The position numbers and the translations under genes are program-made. The notes beneath the pieces were generated by a model that ran no database searches, was not told where the DNA came from, and saw only the letters and a program-made list of their open reading frames with translations. A stretch of DNA of 64,000 nt from Eledone cirrhosa (Eukaryota): NCBI GenBank assembly GCA_964016885.1, contig OZ024743.1, positions 350,424,001-350,488,000 of the forward strand, read 5' to 3'. Of this stretch, positions 1 through 14,728 are shown piece after piece. The stretch's first letter is position 1, and the number at the start of each line of letters is the position of its first letter.

Positions 1-300
1 TCGCATGAGCAGCACGGTCGTAGCTTTTTTAGATATGCTAGTGAGTTGCCAGTCATGCTATGCATCGCAAAATATGTTCACATATCAAGCGATGCCTGTG
101 CTTGAAGAGCAAAAGCTTTGCAGGGAGCAAAACCCACTCAATGAACATCGAATTATTTACCCAAAAAGTAGAAGTGGTCTACAATGTAGACTCTACATCA
201 TTGGATGCAAACGAAGTCGCAGGTTTTATATCAGAGGGACTTTCTTCTAGAGAGATGTCTTAATGAAGACTCGGGATCTCTCACTCCACATCCTTTCTCA
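1..300 (+). mobile_element. Degenerate 3' end of an RLE-type (R2/Hero-like) LINE
   Basis: Broken peptide ...GLQCRLYII...EVAGF resembles the C-terminal EVGxRGF region of Hero-like LINEs; ends in an A-rich stretch before the gap. Confidence 0.35.
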
Positions 301-312
301 AAAAGAAAAAAA

Positions 313-512
313 NNNNNNNNNNNNNNNNNNNNNNNNNNNNNNNNNNNNNNNNNNNNNNNNNNNNNNNNNNNNNNNNNNNNNNNNNNNNNNNNNNNNNNNN
401 NNNNNNNNNNNNNNNNNNNNNNNNNNNNNNNNNNNNNNNNNNNNNNNNNNNNNNNNNNNNNNNNNNNNNNNNNNNNNNNNNNNNNNNNNNNNNNNNNNNN
501 NNNNNNNNNNNN
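313..512. other. Assembly gap (200 N)
   Basis: Run of N flanked by A-rich sequence. Confidence 0.99.
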
Positions 513-539
513 AAGAAAAAAAAAATCTTTATTGGATGG

Positions 540-660
540 TTGACTCCCCTTTGACAGGTTTCGTTTATCATCCCACAGGATGTCCCAAATCACCCTCCTC
601 ACCAGACAAGCTTGGTGGGGTTGCCGGTTTAGTTACCGACGACTCGAGAATGCACAGGTT
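540..660 (-). repeat. Diverged partial copy of the ~600-bp element at 11221 and 14121
   Basis: ttgacaggttt...caggatgtcc...caccctcctcacca...cttggtggggttgcc...gtttagt matches 11676-11770. Confidence 0.75.
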
Positions 661-1408
661 AATTGTTACTTTTGCGTTAAGTCACCCCTAACCCAATAAA
701 TATGATTAAGGTTTTTCTAGCCATGACCATCACATCCTTTTCAGACAGAGAGTTTCTCAGATTACATTATATAATATGTCCTTCATTTTTTATAGATCGT
801 GGCCTGTGATGTGAAAGATTTGGCTGTAATTGTAGCAAATCAGGCAACCACGTTGTGTCTTTATCATTTTATTTCGTGTTTTACAGAGGATTGGTGTGTA
901 ACGGATCAATACAAAGGCATAAAAGCGAAAGGGATGAGAAATAGCATTACCCTTGATGCAAACATGAAGGGGGACAAAATTTATTCAAGCCGATCACGCC
1001 TTTGAATTGAGGTTGGGGCGCCAAAAGTGCCTTTGACCTCGGGCACTGAGAGTTCTTGTCACGCCACTGGCTGAAATACAAAAGAGAAATATAAAAGTAT
1101 CAAATAAGTATCATACAGGATTAAGTCGACTATACGCTACCACTACAACTGGACAATTTTCAATCAAAATGAAAACATATATTTCCTCCAAATATTAGCA
1201 GCCCCCTGTTGTTTTGTGATATGTTATTACAGTCATACCTGGTTTAAGATGGGCCATTACCTAGAACTTTAAACTAAAAACATGGTCTTAAATGTGGAAC
1301 AACTTATGCTAAAAAGAAAAAAAAGCGTATTAGACATAGATGTTTATATTGGATTAAATCAATATTGAATTAGTCTGCAACCAATCCTATCCATTAACTA
1401 ATTATATA

Positions 1409-1521
1409 AAGAAGAAGAAGAAGAAGAAGAAGAAGAAGAAGAAGAAGAAGAAGAAGAAGAAGAAGAAGAAGAAGAAGAAGAAGAAGAAGAAGAAGAAGAA
1501 GAAGAAGAAGAAGAAGAAGAA
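1409..1521. repeat. (AAG)n microsatellite
   Basis: Perfect trinucleotide run. Confidence 0.98.
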
Positions 1522-1721
1522 ACCATCGACTTGTGTGCCTGACTACAGAAATTTATAACTCTGCTGAAAATAACATTTAATTCGTTAAAAGTATTATCTT
1601 AGTAATATATATTGTATGTAATCAATGTCCTGCTACTGCTGAATTATAATTTAAACGTATGTTCATTTTCTCAGCTCCATTTTCATAGTCGATAATATTA
1701 ACTTTCAGTGTATTTCTAATT

Positions 1722-1850
1722 AATTATTTCTACTTTTTGGCACAAGGCCAGCAATTAACCAGTGTATTACTGGTACTTTATTTTATCGACCCCGTAAGGA
1801 TGACAGGCAAAGTCAATCTCGGCGGGATTTGAACTCAGATCGTTAAGGGA
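1722..1850 (-). mobile_element. tRNA-derived SINE, partial copy
   Basis: Reverse complement of the SINE at 53298 (B-box GAGTTCAAATCC, conserved body, tail GGCCTTGTGCCAAAAAGTAGAAA). Confidence 0.85.
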
Positions 1851-2074
1851 CGTTTCTAATTAATCATCTTCGAACTCTCTTCATATATTTCCTTAAAAAC
1901 GATAAAATCACTGGCAAAATGATACACCAACTTAAAACAAAAACGAAAAAAAAAACGAAAAAAAAAAAGAAAGCCACTATGAAAGAATACTTATGTCTGT
2001 TCTGATTTAACAGAAACAATGTCTATATGTGTGAAAGTATCTATGTGTATATATGTATGAGTGTGTGTATATAC

Positions 2075-2629
<555 letters not shown>

Positions 2630-2655
2630 ATATATATATACAAATAAACCTATAT

Positions 2656-2818
2656 ATAGGAAAAGAGTCAGGACCCCGACGGCTGAACTCCATCCGTTTC
2701 GACAGCTAGAGATCGGAGTCTTGACTCTTTTCTTGTTACCCATTCTACTACCCTAAGTATTGAGTGCTCTAGTGCGTTATGGTCCACCTGATATCTTACC
2801 ACACCGACTTTGTTAAAC

Positions 2819-2820
<2 letters not shown>
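2656..2820. mobile_element. Truncated copy of the HHR family seen at 7541 and 56489
   Basis: Shares ggaccccgacggctga...ccgtttcgac and the tail taagtattgagt..tgcgttatggtccacctg with 7541-7733. Confidence 0.75.
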
Positions 2821-2863
<43 letters not shown>

Positions 2864-2864
2864 C

Positions 2865-2949
<85 letters not shown>

Positions 2950-3022
2950 CAGGATTTCCCCCAAATATGTATACACACAGCATTATAATAAAAGTGTGTA
3001 TACATTTTAGGGGGACACCCTC

Positions 3023-3073
<51 letters not shown>

Positions 3074-3086
3074 TTATTTATAAATA

Positions 3087-3171
<85 letters not shown>

Positions 3172-3195
3172 GTATATATGTGTGTATATATATAA

Positions 3196-3229
<34 letters not shown>

Positions 3230-3799
3230 AAGTGCATGTGAATGTGTACCTGTATGTTTGTGTGCATGTACTGTGGGATGGGGGAACATATACCTTATAG
3301 AATAAGGCTAAGTTGAACAGGTATTGGTTATTTGTATGTCGCTCTATTAGACCTGCTGTCCTGTTTGCTAAACTATCATACTATTTATCCGATCATGTAT
3401 GACAGTCATATCACTAACAATACAGTCGTATTGAGCAACATAATATAATGCGTATAATGGACACCAATATTGACTGATTGAAACGGTGAGAATTGTCTCT
3501 GAACAACACTCAACTAAAAGTGTTTCTTTATCACTGCTCAGTCTTAGTGGACAATTGACATAAAAGAGCAATAGATTTAAGCTACCAACAGTTCACAAAC
3601 ATCTATCATTCGTTCTTTAATGACCGCCATCGATAGTCAACGAGAGCCACTCCATAACAACATCACCTACCAGCTCTTTCAGATCACTGAGAACTGCACA
3701 GCTGATGCAATTTTCATACATTTATATTTATTTATAAATGTGATTTTCTTGGTATTATTGTTACTGCTGATGCTGGCTTTGTTCTCCTTCTTTTTCTTC

Positions 3800-4052
3800 T
3801 TCCTATTATTATTATTATTATTATTATTTCTTCTTCTTCTTCTTCTTCTTCTTCTTCTTCTTCTTCTTCTTCTTCTTGTATATGCCTTTTGTTGTTTTTG
3901 TTATTGTTTCTGTTGTTGTTATTGTTGTTTTTGTTGATATTTCGGATTTACGATCACGAAATCTTATCAGAAAATGAAATCCTATAAAAACGGAGAGATG
4001 TGCGCATGCATTCATGTATGTATGTATGTATGTATGTATGTATGTATGTATG

Positions 4053-4083
<31 letters not shown>

Positions 4084-4114
4084 GTATGCATGTGTATGTA
4101 TGTATGCATGTATC

Positions 4115-4145
<31 letters not shown>

Positions 4146-4620
4146 GTATTCATGTGTATGTATGTATGCATGTATGTATGCATGTATGTATGCGTGTGTG
4201 TGTGTATGTATGCATGTATGTATGTATGTGTGGGTGTGTATGTATGTGTGTGTGTGTATGTATATATGTATGAGTGTGTGTCTATATATGTATGTAGGTA
4301 TGTATATATGTATGTAGGTATGTACTTATTTATGATTGTATGCGTGTATGTACATATGTACGTATGTATGTATGTATTAATGCATGTATGCATGTGCGTA
4401 CGTATATATTTATCTATATATGTATATGTGTGTATCTGCATTTATGTATGTATGCATGTTTTATCTCTGTATATTCATATGTATGTATGATCATATGTAT
4501 GCATGTGTGTTTATGTATACATGTATGTATATGTGTGTGTGTGTGTGTGTGTGTATCTATGCATGTCTATATCTATATATGTGCACTTATATGCATGTAT
4601 TAATGCATAAATCTTAATAC
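3800..4620. repeat. (TTA)n/(TTC)n then (TATG)n microsatellite complex
   Basis: Simple repeats. Confidence 0.95.
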
Positions 4621-5624
4621 GCATACCTTTAATCATATATGTATCTCTGAGCCTTGTAACTATATGTTTATGAAGGTACACACATACACCCACAAATATA
4701 CATGTGCGTATACAGGCATATCGATATATACACCTGTAAGAATATACACGAATACACACACATGCACACATGCACATACACAAATGTACAAAGAGAATGT
4801 AATATGGGGTATGGGAGGAAGCATATAAAATCTATAAAAACATTATATAAAAATGAAAGAGAAAAAATAACAATTAGACAAAAAAGGAAAAACGTAGTAT
4901 ATTTTAGAAACAATAACTAATTTTATGTTTGAAAGGTCTCCAGGGGAGTCTGGGAGTTATTAACTGGAACAATAAGATCTAGCTTGCCTTCGATACAATA
5001 CTAATTGCTTTTTTCTTTTCTTCCTTGCTCATCTTTAAATTATTTGTGAGAAACCTCAAAGAGATTTTTACAGCTCCATGTTCTTCTCTATCCCATCTTC
5101 GTCTATTCATCAGATTTCCATATCTATCTCCTTCTTAATTACCTCCCCTACTTTCCTAAGCTAACCCACCTTCAATTAACTGTTCAAGGCAATAAGTAGT
5201 TGATGTTATAGTTAAGAGTAATGTTTTCATAGAGTCTTGATGGTCGTTCTTTACGGCTCGACACTCTTTAAAGACGAGATTTAAGCAAATTGATTATTCT
5301 ATGATTTAATGTACATAACATGCATACGTACACAGTCATAGTTCTAGGTGCCGTGTGTATGTTTCTGTCTATATGTGTGCGTGTGTATTGGTGTTTCTCT
5401 ACCAGTGTGCGCGCGTGTATATGTTTTGTGTAATTAACTGCTATAAAAGATGTGTTAGTGTATTTGCATCAATACGTGATGATGAGAGCAACATTATTGA
5501 GAGAGTGTCGGGCAGAGGGGAGGGGGGAAAGGGAAAGAGTGTTAACAATGAAAGGAAGTTTCTGAATAGGGACTAATCGTTGTCATCCGTCTTTTGTTGA
5601 TGTTTCATACACGACATACACACA

Positions 5625-5634
5625 TATTTATATG

Positions 5635-5674
<40 letters not shown>

Positions 5675-5765
5675 TAAATATACATATATATATATATACA
5701 TATACATATATATATATATATATACATTTATATATATACATATATATACATATATATATATACAT

Positions 5766-5814
<49 letters not shown>

Positions 5815-5833
5815 TACATATATATATATACAT

Positions 5834-5884
<51 letters not shown>

Positions 5885-5964
5885 TATATATACATATATA
5901 AATACATATATATATATACATATATATACATATATATATAAATATAAATATATATATATATATT

Positions 5965-6060
<96 letters not shown>

Positions 6061-6140
6061 TATATATACATATATAAATACATATATATATATATATACA
6101 TATATATACATATATATATAAATATAAATATATATATATA

Positions 6141-6196
<56 letters not shown>

Positions 6197-6209
6197 CATA
6201 CATATATAT

Positions 6210-6264
<55 letters not shown>

Positions 6265-6285
6265 CATACACATATATATATAATA
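5625..6285. repeat. (TA)n-rich microsatellite
   Basis: Simple repeat. Confidence 0.97.
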
Positions 6286-6892
6286 TGTAGTAACCTATTC
6301 TAAACGACTTGTCTAAAAGCAATATAAAAAGACACAAAATGCGCAAAAAGTAACAAATGTAACAAGAAATATAAAACAAAGACGATAAATATTGAAAGAA
6401 AGTATTAAAAGACAAGTTAAAGAGATAAGGCTATACCGTGAAGAAACCTGTGAATAGTCTGCAGAATTTAACGAACACAGAAAGGAGTTTGAATACAATA
6501 CTCTAAAATCAGTAAAACTCACCAAGGACCATAATGGTTCAGAGGGCTGATTGTTATTAGAGTTATTATTATTATTTGTTTTTATTATTATTATTATTGT
6601 TGTTGTTGCTACTGCTGTTGTTGAGATGGGGGTGGAGGTGGAGGAGAAACGTAAGAGCCTAGGATGAAATACGTACACGGTATATCGGTATATATTCAAG
6701 CTTTTTACGTTCTGATGTCAAATCCCCTTCATAAAATAAAGTAAAATTTTGAGCGTCAGATAACTGAGCTGAGGTCGACTTTGTCTATCATCATCCCCCA
6801 AATTGTTAAAACTACCAGTCAAATACTAGATGTAATCAACAGTTACTTCTTCCTACCCAAATATCTTGTCAAGTACTTATGTCAGATCATTA

Positions 6893-7001
6893 TCAAATCC
6901 CGTCGAGGTTAACTTTGCCTTTCATCCTTACGGTGTCGATAAAATAAAGTACCAGTAATGCACCGGGTAATTGCTGGTCTTGTGCCAAAAGTAGAAACAA
7001 T

Positions 7002-7005
<4 letters not shown>
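6893..7005 (+). mobile_element. tRNA-SINE, partial copy
   Basis: tcaaatcccgtcgaggttaactttgcctttcatcc...gtgccaaaagtagaaacaatt. Confidence 0.85.
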
Positions 7006-7072
<67 letters not shown>

Positions 7073-7097
7073 GTATATATATATATGTATATATATG

Positions 7098-7135
<38 letters not shown>

Positions 7136-7506
7136 AATATATATGTATATATATATATATGTGTATATATATATGTATATATATATATATATAGGATTAG
7201 GATTTAGCTTCGAGCATAGCTGTATACAGATATGTATTGGAATTTCGTATTTCTAAAGAAATACGGTATGTTTATAAATAAACATTTAGAAACCCATAGC
7301 TATGCAAAAGCACCAGCGGTTACCGCTACCTGTCGGTGTCCAGCAGAAACAAGAGGGACAATCGTCGATGCTCATTTCGAACTGAACTGATTCTCGTCAG
7401 GATGATCCCTCCCGCTCTTGTAACTGGTGGACTTTGAAAATAGGTGAGAATCTTTAGTTTTCTCGTCTGTGTAAATGATGTGATTAATCTCATTTGCATA
7501 TATTTA

Positions 7507-7540
<34 letters not shown>

Positions 7541-7544
<4 letters not shown>

Positions 7545-7732
7545 AACGAGTAGGACCCCGACGGCTGAGCTCAAGCCGTTTCGACGGCTAATTCTGGACT
7601 GAATTAGCCGTCGAAACGGCTTGAGCTCAGCCGTCGGGGTCCTACTCGTTCCTATTACCCACTCTACTACTCTAAGTATTGAGTACTTTGGTGCGTTATG
7701 GTCCACCTGGTTCCTTACCACATTTCTTCCGT

Positions 7733-7733
<1 letters not shown>
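7541..7733. mobile_element. Fold-back element (54-bp arms, 6-nt loop) carrying the 3' half of an HHR, plus tail
   Basis: 7541-7594 is inverted at 7601-7654; right arm reads GAAA CGGC-uugagcuca-GCCG UC GGGG; flanked by (TA)n. Confidence 0.8.
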
Positions 7734-7804
<71 letters not shown>

Positions 7805-7960
7805 AGTAGCAATCGGATTTCGTTTGGGGGAAATCGAAGACTGTCAACATGTACTGGCCTTTGATTCAACAAGTGAATCATTTATCATTGCATTGCTGTG
7901 GTGATCAACTATGGGTACAGTGAAGGTAATTCCAGGAGTGTTTATATATGATATAATAAA

Positions 7961-8085
7961 TCACATGAATGCATCAATTTCACAGTTAAAGGACTAACAT
8001 TTATTATATAACTGACAGTGTTTCGCCAGTCAGTTGTGTAATAAATGTTAGTCCTTTAACTGTGAAATTGATGTATTCATGTTAC
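7961..8085. repeat. Short imperfect inverted repeat with a GAAAC..GUC HHR half at the apex (- strand)
   Basis: catgaatgcatcaatttcacagttaaaggactaac... mirrored by ...gttagtcctttaactgtgaaattgatgtattcatg. Confidence 0.6.
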
Positions 8086-8100
8086 TTATTATATTATATA

Positions 8101-8817
8101 CTAGCAGAATGGCCCAGCGTTGCTCGAGATTCTAAACATAGATTGGCGTGTTTATCCCTCCTTTCTGAAACAGTACAGAGAAGTACGGAATACCTCAGCC
8201 TGGGGATGGTGTCTACATGTTGTGCTTATAAAAATAATTCGTCGTAGATTACCAGGGGTTTAACTTAACTGGATGCCTGAGAGTAAAATGCTCAACCCAC
8301 GAAAGCCAAGACGATTGGGTTAAGTAAAAAGGCATTCGACAAACCGAAGATGTATTTGTTGTGCTATGGTACAATGAAAGCAATAGTTACAGAGCAGTAA
8401 GCATGTGGGACTGCAGTGGTGGAGAATAGTGTGGTCTTACTCCTTTCAATGTTTCGTCGTATGTTCACAATTGATGCAGAAGTCCTAATAAAAAGTGAAG
8501 TCGCCTTGGGTGAATAGGCAAATAATTTTCCATTACGATTTTTCAAAAGCACGTAATTGCGTTCCCTCTGTTTTTTGTTGTTGTTTTTGCTGCTGTTGGT
8601 GTGATAGCTGCCGTTGGTCGCACTACTAACACAGTCTCGTCCTTGTATATCCACTTCTGCCTCGTCTACCTAAAAAATGATTGTAGCACCTCCTTATACA
8701 CAATGTTAGATTAAAGTTTAAGCAAAAAATCGCTGCTTTCACCCTTAACGGGATCTTCTGAAACTAAAAAAATCAATCTGTGAACGCAGACGTAAATATT
8801 TCGAAAAACGTTACTCA

Positions 8818-8874
<57 letters not shown>

Positions 8875-9219
8875 CACACACACTATATATACATATATAC
8901 ACACATACACAGATAGTGTCATAATGTCGTAATGCAGATAGGCAGACATACAGACAGCTATTATAAGGGCACGACGTTATAGCTATTATCTATCTAAAAA
9001 GACAGACTAAGAAAGACAGAGAGATCGCTACCGGCACCTAATGCGGTCCCTAGGGCATTGAAAATTTGAAATATTTCTTGCTCAAAACACTCACACGGCC
9101 ATAAGTATTACATGTGTAAAGTTTGAAAAATCTCGGTTGGGTGGTTCTCGAATTATGGGGAGTCAGACAGACAGACAGACATAGAGACAGACAGACATTC
9201 TCTGTTTTAGATATATAGA
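8101..9219 (-). mobile_element. Non-autonomous Helitron-like element
   Basis: On the - strand: A|TC 5' end at 9219 followed by (TGTC)n; 3' GC-rich hairpin then CTAG|T at 8101. Confidence 0.65.
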
Positions 9220-9289
9220 TGTATATATACGTGTACGTGTGTGATGTGTGTGTGTATACGTGTGCGTGATGCGGCATTAAAGTGTCTCG

Positions 9290-10200
9290 ACAGCGACCGA
9301 TGGAAAGAGGTAGAGCCGGACTAGTCCCGGTACTTGCTTGTTTTCCTGTCCAATGCATTGCGGAGAACGTGTCACAGCATATCACGTCATAGATTAGGGA
9401 TTTACCTCCTTCGAATGGAAAGAGGATAATTCCGTCGAGACATATGCCGTCTCCATGGTCGAAACTTGCTGGCTCCAGTTGTGGCGGGAAGCCGGCTGCG
9501 TATTGGCTCCTTTTCGTTATGTTGTTGAGAGCGGCATGTCGCAGGACCCGGCCTGCGATCTGGCAGCATGATTGAGGGTGCAGGCCGAACTCATCGACGC
9601 CAGTTCCGCAACGGCATTTGTGTGACTCACACACGCAGAGACCGGGGCGTTGGGCCATTCCGATGGGAGTTCACTTGTCATCAAGAATGGTAACGGTTGC
9701 TGAGGAGAGCACCGAATAGAGGCACGCGCCACTCTTTGGCTATGAAGCAGAACGGAGGCAGTCGAGGCAGTGTTGGTCCAAGCCAGATACGATCCACCCG
9801 AAGGTAAACCTGCATTTGATATTATCCCAGTGTCGTTGAACACTTGTATACTGAGGGACGGAGAGACCTTCGCCGGTTCAGTCAGCCCGAGCCAGCCTCA
9901 GTTCTTGAGCTACGCCAGGTTCTGCCGTTAAAATAAAGCGACAGTTATATCGAACAGCATTGCACCGTATTTATGTAATATTTCTCTGTGTGCAATAATA
10001 TCCAGAACTACTGTGTGTCTTGAGGGACCATGGATCTGCAGCTTGAAAGCTTCTTCTCCAATGTGCTGGCTTCGGCAATGTCTTTTTGTGCAAAACCGGA
10101 ATTCAGGTCTCTCCTCTCCTAGCCACCGAAGTTATCTAAGGATATGACATGGGCCATTATTGATTGTCTCCAAAGGCCAAAATAGATATCGCAATGCATC
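9290..10200 (-). mobile_element. Degenerate CRE-like non-LTR retrotransposon C-terminus (zinc knuckle + restriction-like endonuclease)
   Basis: CRCG..VDEFGLHPQSC...RHAALN...LEP...DG..LDGI..FPFEGGKSLIYDVICCDT resembles the CxC..HxxxC, RH, PD..D motif order of CRE/RLE LINEs. Confidence 0.65.
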
Positions 10201-10908
10201 ACGTCTGGCGCTCTAACAATTTCATTAATCCACTCCCCTGGACTAGTACTTTATTTATAAACTCTGAGAGGATGGAGAGCAAAGTTGACTTCGGCTTGAG
10301 TGCAAAGACAAGAAAAAGTAGAACTCTTCATAATCGCTGACTTTATGGGAAATAATATTCAATGTTTATCTCAACATACTCGTCAGATCAGTTGCTACCT
10401 GCTACGAGTAACATGTTACCCAATACAGTCTGTCTTATTGTCGGCTGGCCGACCACTAACCATCCCATTTTTCACCAAGCAGGATTGAATACATAACCTG
10501 TAAAAGGGGAGAAGAATTTCTCACAAAAATGCCCAACTCAGCCATGCCTGTGTAGAAAACAGTCATCACCAAACTATTCATATTTTTACAGCACGATGAA
10601 ATCTCTATTAAATACCATAATATATCAATCGATGCTCAAATTAGCTAATAACCATAGAAAAACGGTGACCAGAGAAGGCGACTCTTGTGCACATACAACA
10701 TGTTCAGGTTACGCATTTTGGAAAGGTTTCATAGAAATATATATGAACGATATTTAGTGTTGCTGTAGAAATAGTATTATTTATTGTTATATACCTACCA
10801 TAAAAGTCAAAAGAAGACATCAATTATGTTTCTAATGCTTAGCAGCTTTCTACCAACCTCTCTCTCTCCCCTCTCCCCCTCTCTCTCTCTCTCTCTCTCG
10901 CTCTCTCG

Positions 10909-11021
<113 letters not shown>

Positions 11022-11220
11022 CATAATGTGTGTCATAATGCTGATTATTTATTTGTTTCCTCTCTATATTCAAATGGATATTTTTACAATATTTATGACT
11101 CTTAGGGCGCAAGAAGTACATTCCCACACATACACACATACATACATATATACATACGCACACACACATACATACATACATACATACATACATACATACA
11201 TACATACATACATACATACA

Positions 11221-11796
11221 TGGTGGCTGCCAACTCGTTTTCGAGTACGGCCACTACTTTATATCCATGTAGGAGAACCCCTACCGATGCGCTGGACGAG
11301 TGTGACTTTTAAGTCCAGCCAGCGACTTGAAAACTCTGGTACAAACACTACACTTGTGACAATTATTGACACATAGTGCTGGGCCCATGGTACCATGTGA
11401 CGACAAGGGCAGAGAGATCTCCAGATATAAAGCAATGCCTGTGCCGTGAAGCTTTTATAGTGAGCAAAGGCACTGCACAAAGCCAGTCCCACTCTCTTAA
11501 CCAAGATGATATTTACCAAAAAGAAGAACAAGTCAACATCATTGGATACCATCAGAGTTGCAGGTGTTATATCAGAGTTTTCCTTCTCCTAGAATTCTGC
11601 CTTGGCAAAGGCTAAGGGGTCATCTCTCCCGCTGATTTTGGATGGCCATTAACTCTTACGAGCTCCTTTGCCCTTTGACAGGTTTTGGTTTTAGTCCTGC
11701 AGGATGTCCAAAGTCACCCTCCTCACCAAGAAACCTTGGTGGGGTTGCCAGTTTAGTCGCCAACGACCCGACCATGGGACAGGTTGTACTGGACAA
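11221..11796 (-). repeat. ~580-bp non-coding element in (TACA)n, copy 1
   Basis: Near-identical direct repeat of 14121-14728; flanked by (TACA)n on both sides; strand assignment tentative. Confidence 0.85.
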
Positions 11797-11891
11797 ATAC
11801 ATACATACATACACACATACATACATACATACATACATACATACATACATACATACATACATACATACATACATACTTACATACATACATA

Positions 11892-12140
11892 CCCATCATT
11901 ATTGGTGCTACGGGTTATATACCAACCCGCTTAGACCAAAGTATGACTGAACTTGGATTTGCGGACAAAAAGCGCAGCTCCCTAATTCATAGTCTGCAAA
12001 TGGCTGCGATAGCTGGCACCTTCAAAATTTGCAAAACATTCTTGCGATTCAAGGGATGACAATTTCTTTTCTTTTACAACCTTGCCACCAGGAAGGTGGC
12101 CGGTCAAAAAAATATACTCGAAATTAAGAGAAAGAGAAAA
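11892..12140 (+). mobile_element. 3' end of an R4/Dong-type LINE (family B)
   Basis: PIIIGATGYIP...KICKTFLRFKG* then 3'UTR and (TACA)n. Confidence 0.75.
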
Positions 12141-12161
12141 CATACATACATACATACATAC

Positions 12162-14056
12162 ATATTTCAGGAAGACAGTCTCTCTGTGATATTGTTCAAC
12201 TTGTCAATAAACCTTTTGTCCTTTCTGCTCAAGAAATGTGAGGGATACATCATTGGCTCACAGGAGGACAGAAATACGAACCTTTGTGGACGATCTGAAA
12301 CTCTATGCCAAGAACATGGGTGGGATGAAGAAAAATCTTGATCTGGTTACAACGTTCTCAAAAGATATAGGAATGGAGTTTGGCCAAGATAAATGGTCAT
12401 ACATGACTGTAAAGCGGGGAAAAACAACAACCCAATCTAGCAATATTGTCAACAATGGCCTAACTGTTTCACCGATAGCTGCTGAGGACTGCTACAGATA
12501 CCTGGGGATAGATGAGAACATATCCTATAATGGTATCTGTAATAAAGGACGCGTAACCAGGGAATACTATACCCGATTAAGAAAGAGATGGTCATCAGAA
12601 CTCTCTGCGCAAAACAAAACAGTGTGTTTGCTGTGCCTGTCCTAACACCAACGTTTGGAATACTCAATTGGACGATAGACGAAATCCGAGCAGTTAATGT
12701 TGGAACTCGAAAAATACTGAACAACACCGGAAACTTCCACATCAACAGTGACATAGACCGCCTTTATTTGAAACGTAAGCAGGGAGGCAGAGGCCTAACA
12801 TCAGTCCAGACAACATTTGAATGTCGCATCATATCCCTCTGACAACATCTAAGAACCTCGAAGCGTAGGAGCCTGTCTCTCGAGCAAGTCTCTCTCTGCA
12901 TGAAACAGATAAGATCATGAGAGTTGGGAAGGAACTCCTCGAGAGATATTCCCTGTGTGATAATCAAAAACTCACACCCAGAGAAGTCGCTCAGCAGTAT
13001 CGCAGTGAATCCCTGGATGAAAAACTGCATGCTTATCAGCAAAAAATCATGCATGGATATGTTGCCAGGAAGCTCCAGAGTGAGAGTAGTATAGATAAGG
13101 AAAGTAGTCTATCTTGGACCAACAACAGCTATATTGGCTCCCACTTTGAAGGATACGCTTTTGCAATCCAAGAACAGGAGATTAACACGAAATACCTGAT
13201 TCACAAAAGAGATAGGGATGCAGGCAAAACACCTAGATGTGATAACAAGTGCAGACTCTGCAGAACTAACATCGAGGATATCACCCATGTCATCAGCAGC
13301 TGTCCAAAGATGTCATCGCGGCACTATCTACCTATAAGGCATGATGTAGTGGCCAAAATACTGTACAATGTAGTCCGTAAAAAAGATAGCCGCGATAATA
13401 AACACATAATAGCTACAGCAATGTGGAAGACTTCCATATACATAATATGAAAGAGTACTGGTGGAATGTTCCAGTAAAAACCCCAATAAAATGCAGGCAT
13501 AACAGACCAGATATTATATGGGACAGGGAGAAGAAATCATGCACAGTAGTGGAAATTAGCTGTCCAGCAGATGCCAATATAATATCAAAGATTAGCGAAA
13601 AGGAGAATATTTATGCAGAACTGATTAGAAATCTGCAGATACTCCACCCTGATTACACCTTCAGATTTATGCCTGTGATTATTGGGGCACTGGGATATGT
13701 TAGTAACTGCCTCAATACAAATCTTGAGAAGCTAGGCTTCACAGGAACAGAAAGAACACAACTAGTTAGGAAATTACAAGTACAACCCATTAATAGAAAA
13801 ATATGTAAAACATTCCAAAAATGTTGCATCTAATAACTGCATATACACATGTACAGATGCAAAGCATATACACATGCACACATACAACTCAAAACATACA
13901 CATCCACACATACAATAACATCATATATACACATGCATGCATACATACATATCTACCTAGTTGATGTTGTGTAAATTCCAATGAGAGTATTGTGTCTATG
14001 TTAGAAACCGACTCTCTCTCTATTGGTAAAACTTTGTGAAATTATAAAACCAGAAG
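12162..14056 (+). mobile_element. 5'-truncated, frameshifted R4/Dong-type LINE (RT + CCHC + RLE), family A
   Basis: IFQEDSLS, FVDDLKLY, YRYLG, GGRGL, CRLC..EDITHVISSC, RHD, RPDII..D..VVEISCP, PVIIGALG; ends ataaaaccagaag-(TACA)n. Confidence 0.9.
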
Positions 14057-14120
14057 TACATACATACATACATACATACATACATACATACATACATACA
14101 TACATACATACATACATACA

Positions 14121-14728
14121 TGGTGGCTGCCAACTCGTTTTCGAGTACGGCCACTACTTTATATCCATGTAGGAGAACCCCTACTGATGCGCTAAACGAG
14201 TGTGACTTTTCAGTCCAGCCAGCGACTTGAAAACTCTGGTACAAACACTACACTTGTGACAATTATTGACACATAGTGCTGGGCCCATGGTACCATGTGA
14301 CGACAAGTGCAGAGAGATCTTCAGATATAAAGCAATGCCTGTGCCGTGAAGCTTTTATAGTGAGCAAAGGCACTGCACAAAGCCAGTCCCACTCTCTTAA
14401 CCAAGATGATATTTACCAAAAAGAAGAACAAGTCAACATCATTGGATACCATCAGAGTTGCAGGTGTTATATCAGAGTTTTCCTTCTCCTAGAATTCTGC
14501 CTTGACAAAGGCTAAGGGGTCATCTCTCCCGGTGATTTTGGATGGCCATTGACTCTTAAGAGCTCCTTTGCCCTTTGACAGGTTTTGTTTTTAGTCCTGC
14601 AGGATGTCCAAAGTCACCCTCCTCACCAAGAAACCTTGGTGGGGTTGCCAGTTTAGTCGCCAACGACCCGACCATGAGACAGGTTGTACTGGGATACATG
14701 TTACCAGTAGCACCAACTGGTGACCTGA
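14121..14728 (-). repeat. ~610-bp non-coding element in (TACA)n, copy 2
   Basis: Direct repeat of 11221-11796 with a few substitutions and ~35 extra bp. Confidence 0.85.

Noticed and set aside
5573-6415. Long YI/IY, CV, HT, ER and poly-T/V/L ORFs here and across the window (e.g. 26863-27798, 60302-61235)
   Set aside because: Translations of microsatellites with no protein-like content
14645-14725. HDV-like ribozyme on the - strand of element R (CCAGU...GG-GUCG..CGA-CUAA-ACUGG)
   Set aside because: P2, P4 and J4/2-like pieces are present but I could not build a convincing P1/P3/L3
11221-14728. LTR retrotransposon (direct repeats flanking an RT)
   Set aside because: The RT is non-LTR (R4/Dong RLE type), the repeats are separated from it by (TACA)n, and there is no PBS, PPT or integrase
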